Shown piece after piece: positions 35,001 to 43,863 of a stretch of 43,863 nucleotides of DNA. The stretch lies in contig JAQGDQ010001377.1 of assembly GCA_030141605.1 (NCBI GenBank), positions 1 through 43,863 on the forward strand, read 5' to 3'. Every line of letters begins with the position of its first letter. Positions within the stretch are counted from its first letter, which is position 1. The notes beneath the pieces were generated by a model, which made no database searches, was not told the origin of the DNA, and saw only the letters and a list, made by a program, of their open reading frames with translations. The translations under genes were made by a program, and so were the position numbers. The DNA comes from Tubiluchus corallicola. Taxonomy: Eukaryota > Animalia > Priapulida.

Positions 35001-38000
35001 ATGGTTAGCTTTAATTGTACTAAGTGTAATAAAACTTGCAAAGCAAATCAAAACTCAATTCTATGTGATGTGTGTTCCCTCTGGACACATCTAAAGTGTA
35101 CAATGTTGTCTCATCATGATTTTGTAAATTTAGCAAGTTCTAATGACAGTTACTTCTGCCAGCAATGCATTAATGATGTGCTTCCTTTGCAGTTCATTGA
35201 TGATGATGAATTTATGGAAATGACTAATCACTATCAATTTTCTAATTTTGTAAAAGATTTATCTTGCTTTTCATCAATTTATGACTCTTCTTCGCTAGTC
35301 CACTGTAATAGAGATGATACAGACATCGACAATTATAGACTTCAGTATGACAGCAAATACATTAATCTTGCAAATCTGAGTAGTGATAAATCCACAGATA
35401 AAGCAAACAATGACACAATTATAATACACTTTAACACATCAAGTTTGAGGAAATACTATTCAGACATGACTGATACATTAACACAATTTCAAAAAATGCC
35501 TGAGTTAATAGCGATCTCGGAAACCAGAATTCACGAATCTGACACTTTTTTATGTAACATTCCAGGATATTCTTTCTTACATTATGATTCCAATACAGCT
35601 GCTGGTGGCGTAGGTGTGTATGTAAAATCTAACCTCAATTTTAAAATTAAACCTGAATACAAAATAAGAACTTGTAAAAATGTTATTGTTAATGGGATTA
35701 GTACAACTAGTAGACTAGCACTTGAGGACCTGTGGCTTGAAATTGCTTCCACCGATAACAAAAAATCTTTTATATTTGGAATAATATATAGGCATCCAAA
35801 CACCCCAGTCGAACATTTTCATGACGAATTAGAATCAGTTCTTTGCACTATCAATTCCACAGGCAAACCAGCTTATATATGTGGAGACATTAATATAGAC
35901 TTATATCAACATGATAACAAACCATTTATTAATAAGTATCTCAACATGCTCTTCTCAAATCAATTTACACCAATTATCACGCGACCAACTAGAATTACTC
36001 CAACGTCACACACCCTAATTGATCATATTTATACTAATAATCTTTCTACACCCATCACATCTGGCATCATTACTAACCCCATAGCGGACCACTTGCCAAT
36101 ATTTGCCATTATAAGAAATACTAATCTCCTGCACAACAACATTAAAAAAACAGTCAGATGTACGAGATCATTCAATCAAGGTAACTTTTTAAGCGAGCTT
36201 CAAGTTAATATAAGTAACCTAACACTGAATGATGGCGAAGCAGACATACACTCTTACTGCTCATAATTCATGGACTCGTTTAAAACATTACTTGACAAAC
36301 ATGCCCCACTCAAAACGTTATCAAGGAAAAACTCAAAAACTGTAGCTAAACCATGGATCACTCCCGGCATTCTCAATTCTATTAAAACAAGAAGCCGTAT
36401 GTATACAACACACAAGTTATCCAACTCACTGTATAAGCAAAATTTATATAAAACATATTCTAACAAACTTAATCACATCAAACATGCATCCAAAAAGAAG
36501 TATTACTCCCAGATCTTGCTTGCAAACAAAAATAACATGAAACAAACTTGGAGCACTATCAATGAACTTCTCAAAATTAAAAAAAAGACAGCAAGTATAA
36601 TGCCAACTAAAGTTCGTTACCAAGGCACAACCTCATGCGACCCGCACCATAAAGCTAATGCTTTTAACAGTTTTTTTGCAAACATTGGTATATCACTGGC
36701 ATCACGCATAACACAACCCCAAAACTGTAAGTATACAGACTATTTAATGCATCCCCAAGAAAATTCTTTCTATATCACACCAGTTAGCGAAATCGAGATT
36801 TCCCAAGCTATTGATAGACTAGATCCCAATAAAGCAAAAGGCCCTTATGACATCCCAATTACATATTTCAAAATGTCAAAAAACATAATCTTAGCTCCGC
36901 TTACAAATCTGTTTAATGCGTCAATTCTGACTGGGACATTCCCCGACACTTTAAAACTGGCAAAAGTAATCCCCATATATAAAAAAGATGATCCAAACGA
37001 GCTGAACAACTACCGACCCATCTCACTCATATCACCCATTGCCAAAATTTTTGAGTCAATTTTATATAAACGCCTGATGACATATTTAATCAAAAATGAT
37101 ACAATATCGTGTTTTCAATTCGGTTTCCGCAAAAATCATTCCACAATATTAGCAACTGCTGAAATCATAGACAATCTTCTGACAAACCTAAACAATAAAT
37201 TACTTACCTGCGGCATCTTTCTTGATTTAACAAAAGCTTTTGACACCGTTCAACACGACATTCTACTCAACAAAATGGACTATTATGGTATCCGTGGAAT
37301 CACGCAAAAACTATTCCAGTCATATCTTACGAACAGACACCAATTTACGGTAGTTGACAATTTTGCCTCTGACCTATGCTCAATACAATGTGGTGTACCT
37401 CAAGGATCCACCTTGGGTCCACCTCTTTTCCTGATATATATAAATGACCTCCCTCTTTGTACTAACATGCAAACACGACTTTTTGCTGATGACACTAACC
37501 TCTTCTTAGCAGACAACGATACGCAAAATCTTGAGCTTAAAAGTAATGAAGAACTGATCAAAATTAACACATGGATGCGTACAAATAAGTTAACAGTAAA
37601 CTATAATAAAACAAAATTTATGATCATAAGAAATAAATTTGAAAACAATGAAAACTCCATTATAACAGTATCCATGCAAGACTGTTTATTAGAACAAGTA
37701 TCAGACATAAAATATCTGGGCGTCTACATAGATGACACCCTTAATTGGTCAACACACATAAAAAATATTACCTACAAAGTAAGCAAAGTTACAGGTATAT
37801 TTTTTAAATTGAGGCATTACTTGAGCACGGATATACTAAAAATGATTTACTTTGCCATTGTGTACCCACACATTAACTATTGTATCTTATCGTGGGGCAC
37901 AGCAAAAAAATCTGTTTTGAAACCACTTACAGCAGCACATAACAAAATTATCAAAACAATGACTTTTGCTGGGTTCCGAGATCATGCTACCCCCTCCTAT

Positions 38001-38306
38001 TATGCTTTGCAATTATTAAAAATTAATGAAATTTATAAGCTTGAGTTAGCGAAATTCATGTTCAACTATAAAAAGGGCATTCTACCTAAATTATACGGCA
38101 ATTATTTCAAAAAGATTAGTGACGTTCATCAGTATTCTACAAGAGCAGCTACCAAACAAAACTATTTTCAGGAAAGATTTAACACAACAAAAGGTTTACA
38201 AACTTTAAAACATAATGGTACAGTTCTATGGAATACTCTTTCAGATGATCTTAAGCAATCAACTAGTATCTGTCACTTAAGTAAATTATATAAATGTCAA
38301 CTCTAG
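35001..38306 (+). pseudogene. LINE C ORF2 (PHD finger, APE endonuclease, reverse transcriptase) with one in-frame stop
   Basis: CxxC...CDVC..WTHLKC...CQQC; ISETR, CGDIN, TLIDHIY, ADHLPI; YRPISL, FLDLTKAFDTV, GVPQGSTLGP, LFADDT; the two track ORFs share a frame and are split only by TAA at 36264-36266. Confidence 0.92.
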
Positions 38307-38828
38307 CAAACTTATCACTGAACAACTTTTATTCCTTTTGCAAGAGCAGTTACTGTTATAGCAGGATCAATTAACTTCCATATTTAATTGTTTATTGTCT
38401 AACTTCTGTAGATCATTTTCAAAGTCTGGACTCCAATTGTCAATCTCCTCATGCAGTCATACAGGTAATTTTTTGTGCTCTAACTATCTGCCAATTTATT
38501 TTACATCAGATCATCAAAAATCGCTCTGTATTTTTTTTTTTACATTATGCTTGCATTATAAAGTAAATTTCAGTTGCCATTGTTATTATGTTCCTGATGT
38601 CAGATTTTTATTTCAGTTCTTGTTTCAGTCCTTATTTCAGTTATCTTCAGTTTGATTTTTTTATTATTATTATTATGCACTTATTATTACTGTGTATGAA
38701 TTGTACTAACACATTATAAGCATATCATTATCAATTTTATGTCATTCCTAACAATTTAATTTTTATTATAAGCAGTACTACACTAATACACTGTAGCATA
38801 GCGCCTTTAAAAATGTTCATCACTAACC

Positions 38829-38873
38829 AAAGGGCAGCTGACTAGATGACCAATTGGTCTTTCGCTGCCCTTT
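38829..38873 (+). other. LINE 3'-terminal stem-loop
   Basis: aaagggcagc ... gctgcccttt 10-bp inverted repeat enclosing palindrome gaccaattggtc, about 65 nt before the tail. Confidence 0.75.
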
Positions 38874-40880
38874 CTTCACATTTTGTTGCTAAATTAATTG
38901 TATTGTAACTGTGCGTGTGTTAAAAGATAAATAAAAGATTATTATTATTATTATATTATTATATGCCCGCAACACATTTACATTTGTATATAGATGAACA
39001 GTATGTGAAGCTATTCTTGTGCAGAAATAATAAAAACTTGTGTGTATTATGAAACTGTTGTAAATGTGTAATGTGAAATAAATAACTTATGAGAGTATGG
39101 TTAGAGCCAAGCTGGCCTTTGCGATGCTCCCCAATTCTAGTACAAACACGATGACCGGCACACACCACTTGAAGAAATTGCCAAGTCGTTCACACTTGCT
39201 AGTTCACTTTCAGATCTACGTCTGAACATCATTATTATCTTAGATGCTTCTGTTATGTATACGTTGGGCGTGGAGTAGGGCACTAGCCGAAATAGGGCAA
39301 TTGGTGCACACAGGCTAGCCCAAGTAGGATGCATAGTGGATTCATAACTATGTACAACTGAATAAAGGAAGCACTATTTGGAATTTAAACAACCTCGTGC
39401 TTTTTTATGGAATGACAGTCCATGTGAATTACTGAAATCTTTCATTTGTGAATCTAATGTTAATTAATTTAAAGTTTTCCTCTCCCTGCGTTTAAGACAA
39501 TAATTACTGTTTTACTTTGCCCGATTCAAGTTAATAAATTAACGATAGTTTAGTTTAGTTTTAGTTTATTTATTTGCACTTTGCAATAATTTATTTAAAA
39601 TAAAAGTGCTGGGACTGCCAGCGTGTATATAACATAATAAAGTATACTTAAAATACTTATAATAAGATGAACGGATGCACATTGGGCCTATCTGATTTTA
39701 ACAAATTAATTAACAAGATATTTCAGTCGATTATCGCACAGTTCCTCATAAAATTTTGTACGGAAAACAACTTACGAAAGCCCTAGTTAGTATTTGACAC
39801 ACTAAAAAACAAAGATTAGTGGAATGTTATTAAAATATAGTCCTATTATGGTAAATTTCATCTTGTATACCCATTTCACATGTCCAACGTACTTTAGCTA
39901 AACTTTTATAATTTTAAACTATTAACGATTATAATATTAGTTCAAGTCATTATCAGTTTAAAGTTTACGAAAGCCAATATATTAAAAAATAATTTCTTGG
40001 AGATTGGATTAACAACAGCTAAATTAATCATTATCAATTTTGTTTCAATTGTGATTTATTTAGATGCTTGCCAACAAAATGCTTTTTGTGTAAACAATAA
40101 TAGTAAACAAATAAAAGATCTGATAGCAAAGTTGCTTCTTCCACCACTCAGTGACTGATATAAAGCTTGTAAAGTGACATAATTACTGGCATTGCATAGG
40201 ATTATGTCTCTGTGAACTGAAATATATTCAGATTTAAACTGAATTTATTTTCATTTTAATAATTGAATACAACAAATATTTTCGTGTTTGGTTTAGACCA
40301 CTTGTTGCCAAAATGGCGGAGAATATTACAATGGTAAATGTTACGTTTTTCGCAAAGATCGTGTTACCTAATGAAAAGCAATGCTGATTTCCAAATGGAA
40401 GCTAAGTGAATTGGTTGCCATAGAAAGATGCCTGCCATTGCACAAGCTGTGGTTAGTTTCTGATGTAAGCAATAGCAGTGTTCGGCTGCCATTAATTAAC
40501 TTTCTAAGCTAATTATTCAAGTATAAGGAACAATTGCTAGCTTTTATAGGCAAGAAAATGTATAATTCGGACAGTAAATTAAAATGAGATTGAGTCTAAA
40601 CAATCGTCCGGTTTTCCTTTAAAGAATATTTTTATTGACAAACAAAAGATAGCTATTTAGTTTATTTAAAGTGTTTCAAGCTTTGTCCATGTCGCTAAAA
40701 TATAACACGAGTAAAAATATCTTGGACAACCAAATTAGAGGGCAGCTCCATCTGCGAGGGCCTATAATTTCATTAGCCTAGGGGCCCTAAAGGGTCATAA
40801 TCCAGCCCTGATTACCAGGTGCATCTTACGTGTTTGGATCAAGTCGGTACGGATTTCGTTTGCAACAGTTGTAAAGCCAA

Positions 40881-41245
40881 GCCGTAGAAATACATGTTGA
40901 CAGTCATGTACAGATAGGTGTTGACAGCGGTGGAAATACGTGTTGACAATCGTTGTAAGATACGTGTTGACAGTCCTGTACAAATACGTGTTGACAGTCC
41001 TGTACAGATACATATTAACAGTCGTGTACAGATACATGTTGACAGTTGTGTGCAAAAACGTGTTGACAGTCTTGTACAGATACGTGTTGACAGTTGTGTA
41101 CAGATATGTGTTGACAGTCGTGTACAGATACGTGTTGACAGTCGTGTGCAGATATGTGTTGACAGTCGTCTGCAGATATGTGTTGACGGTCATGTACAGA
41201 TAGGTGTTGACAGCCGAGGAAATACGTGTTGACAGTCATGTACAG
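40881..41245. repeat. 24-bp minisatellite array 2, about 15 units including two 22-bp variants
   Basis: Same consensus and flanks as array 1; 22-nt units at 40918 and 41204. Confidence 0.95.
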
Positions 41246-41926
41246 ACTTGTTAATTGATACTTGTGAATGATTATTAAGAATGAAAAGTCAAAGGAAAAT
41301 GTATATACCATGTCATGCATTTGAAAAACATTGATGGCTCATTGCTTAACAAAAGCGTATGTAGCTTTTACTCGATAAATGAATCTGGTTTGGCAGGTTC
41401 TTCAAGTTTTAGTTCATGGTTTTTAAGACGTTCATTTTTGGATATTGTAGTAGTAGTTAAAACAAGAAGTGTGTAATGTGATTTTAGTCTATATAGCTTG
41501 AGATGTACCATCTCTGTTGCTGACGTCGGAACATGTTTTTTATATACTAATGCCACTGCTTTCTCAAGTCGTCAAATCCAATACATCACACTAACATGCA
41601 CACACATTAAATGGTATAAAAATACACTACACTATATCACATATATTAAACTAAATAATATACATTAAATTATATTTTACTTTTAAAATTGTTTTATATC
41701 GAAACTCACAAATTACATCATATAATAACACTACATCTAAAATTACATATTATACTAAAAAGTTATTACAGTACTTTTTGAAATCGTTCACTAATACAGT
41801 GTATAGATAATTTTCGGTAGGACAGTATTCATAATAGAAGCTTTAATTTAGTTTACAATATACAGGTCAACAAAAGAACAGACAGTTTTGCATCAAATTT
41901 GCACCTAAGTGTGTCCTATGGATACA

Positions 41927-42391
41927 TACACTCAACCTTGGATATAAGGGACACCTCCGGAAAAAATCGTCTTTTTTATCAGGTGTCCCTTATAGCCGAA
42001 GTGGAGTCAAACCGAGGGTGTATCTAGACCTGAACTTTTCTGTACTTTTACCCATCTTTTATAGATTATTGCTACACATTCAGTGCAAACGGCATGTAGG
42101 AAGCTCCTTCAGTGATGTGAGATGTATGTGACTGCGGAACCTGAGCTGTTTGAAGGGCGAGTTTACGAAAAATTGAGCTTAAAAATCCATCAATTTCGCT
42201 TCGATTATAGGGTTCCTTATATGCGAGGTAATTTACCTGGGTTTCTAATACGCGGGACCTGAAGATATCGTTCCTTATAACTGAAAGTCCCTTATATGCG
42301 AGTACCTTATATATGAAGATTTTTACATAAGAAAAACGTTACGAAAAATCAGGACCAGTGTTTGTGGTCCCTCATAAGCAAGTACCTTATA
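41927..42391. mobile_element. MITE-like relic, copy C (longest version)
   Basis: Contains segments deleted separately in copies A and B. Confidence 0.5.
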
Positions 42392-42807
42392 CCTATTTGA
42401 CAAAGACTATTGCTTTAGCAAATGACTAGTTTTCTAGTCTAAATGAATACTCCTATTTTTCCAACTCTAACTTCATAAATTGAACCTAAGCTGCAATGTT
42501 GGTTGGTTGTTCATTCGTTCGTGAGTCAGTGGGTAAGTTGGCGAGCTAACCAGTTGGGTAATCAAGCAATCTGCCGTAAGTCACTCCATTAGCCCGTTAG
42601 TACGCTAGTTGGTAATCATTTATTTTTTCTTTGTATCGTCTTTTGTTTATTTGCTCATAGATTTAAGTAATCCGTGACTAACTGACTGACCAACTGCTAG
42701 TGTGTTTTAATGGTTGATGCCACAAGTATTCAAACAGAACATTAAAGTCACCAGTCTGTCTTTTTTACAACAGACAACTATCATGATTACACGATGGCAT
42801 CTGTAAC

Positions 42808-42973
42808 ATGTTGACTCATTGTAATGTCTATGTTGACTCATTGTAATGTCTATAATGACTCACTGTAATGCCTATGTTGTCTCTTTGTAATGTCTTTGTT
42901 GATTCATTGTAATGTCTATGTTGACTCATTGTAATGCCTATGACTCATTGTAATGTGTATGTTGACTCATTGT
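42808..42973. repeat. 22-bp VNTR, about 7.6 units
   Basis: 22-nt periodicity from 42808. Confidence 0.92.
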
Positions 42974-43863
42974 CTATGCCGTATGAGTGTTTATGTGCCT
43001 GAGAAGACTACCTCGCTCAGAAAATGATTTGTCACATAAGTCACATCTGTGGGGCTTCATTCCAGTGTGAGTGTTCATGTGCTTGAGAAGATTACCTCGC
43101 TGAGAAAACGATTTGTCACATAAGTCACATTTGTGGGGTTTCATTCCAGTATGAATGTTCATGTGCTTGAGAAGACTACCTCGCTCAGAAAATGATTTGT
43201 CACATAAGTCACATTTGTGGGGTTTCATTCCAGTATGAGTGTTCATGTGCCTGAGAAGATTACTTCGGACAGAAAATGATTTGTCACATAAATCACATCT
43301 GTGGGCTTTCATTCCAGTATGAGTGTTCATGTGCTTGAGAAGATCACCTCGCCGAGAAAATGATTTGTCACATAAGTCACATTTGTGGGGTTTCATTCCA
43401 GTATGAGTGTTCATGTGCGTGAGAAGATTACATCGCACAGAAAATGATTTGTCACATAAGTCACATTTGTGGGGTTTCATTCCAGTATGAATGTTCATGT
43501 GCTTGAGAAGATCACCTCGCCGAGAAAATGATTTGTCACATAAGTCACATTTGTGGGGTTTCATTCCAGTATGAGTGTTCATGTGCGTGAGAAGATTACA
43601 TCGCACAGAAAATGATTTGTCACATAAGTCACATTTGTGGGGTTTCATTCCAGTATGAATGTTCATGTGCTTGAGAAGATCACCTCGCCGAGAAAATGAT
43701 TTGTCACATAAGTCACATTTGTGGGGTTTCATTCCAGTATGAGTGTTCATGTGCGTGAGAAGATTACATCGCACAGAAAATGATTTGTCACATAAGTCAC
43801 ATTTGTGGGGTTTCATTCCAGTATGAATGTTCATGTGCTTGAGAAGATCACCTCGCCGAGAAA
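42974..43863 (-). CDS. Tandem C2H2 zinc-finger protein, copy C (at least 11 fingers; 5' end outside window)
   Basis: Frame open to window edge (FSRRGDLLKH precedes the track ORF); 10 complete fingers, ends HTA*. Confidence 0.88.
   Translation of the reverse strand, partial: SRRGDLLKHMNIHTGMKPHKCDLCDKSFSVRCNLLTHMNTHTGMKPHKCDLCDKSFSRRGDLLKHMNIHTGMKPHKCDLCDKSFSVRCNLLTHMNTHTGMKPHKCDLCDKSFSRRGDLLKHMNIHTGMKPHKCDLCDKSFSVRCNLLTHMNTHTGMKPHKCDLCDKSFSRRGDLLKHMNTHTGMKAHRCDLCDKSFSVRSNLLRHMNTHTGMKPHKCDLCDKSFSERGSLLKHMNIHTGMKPHKCDLCDKSFSQRGNLLKHMNTHTGMKPHRCDLCDKSFSERGSLLRHINTHTA

Larger units (their letters stand above)
34795..38963 (+). mobile_element. CR1/L2(Crack)-group LINE (LINE C), 5'-truncated before ORF2, with 3' UTR and (ATT)n tail
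   Basis: Absent from unit A at the equivalent site; PHD-APE-RT ORF2; 3' hairpin, AATAAA near 38929, (att)n 38938-38963. Confidence 0.93.
27452..41309. repeat. Segmental duplication unit B (about 13.9 kb, enlarged by LINEs)
   Basis: Same block order as unit A, ending in 24-bp array 2. Confidence 0.9.
41310..43863. repeat. Segmental duplication unit C (cut by window end)
   Basis: Anchor at 41329; collinear with units A/B, lacking about 1.2 kb of B sequence at 41580. Confidence 0.9.

Noticed and set aside
31816-38963. LINE B and LINE C as two halves of one element inverted by twin priming
   Set aside because: Both contain PHD and endonuclease starts that differ substantially, and host duplicon sequence lies between them
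20683-43863. Calling the ZNF genes PRDM9
   Set aside because: No PR/SET, KRAB or SSXRD sequence seen; only the evolutionary pattern is similar

Overview
AT-rich, intron-containing genomic DNA from an unidentified invertebrate animal. Left part (1-18.7 kb, + strand): the 3' portion of a cysteine-rich extracellular-protein locus. It has 12 single-EGF exons (all phase 1-1), two atypical Ig-like exons (the second ends in a stop), and one 11.8-kb exon. By my manual count that exon encodes 7 complete EGF domains plus a half domain, 9 thyroglobulin type-1, 45 WAP, 9 antistasin-like and 9 six-Cys modules in a regular super-repeat, then a transmembrane helix and a 15-residue tail. Right part (18.9 kb to end): three head-to-tail copies of a segmental duplication unit. 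Each copy holds a minus-strand, finger-only C2H2 gene built as an 84-bp minisatellite that varies almost only at DNA-contacting residues (PRDM9-like pattern), a 22-bp VNTR abutting the stop codon, and a MITE-like relic. The two complete copies also end in a 24-bp satellite array. Three LINE elements occupy or replace sequence within the units. All counts and alignments were made by eye; no database search was run.
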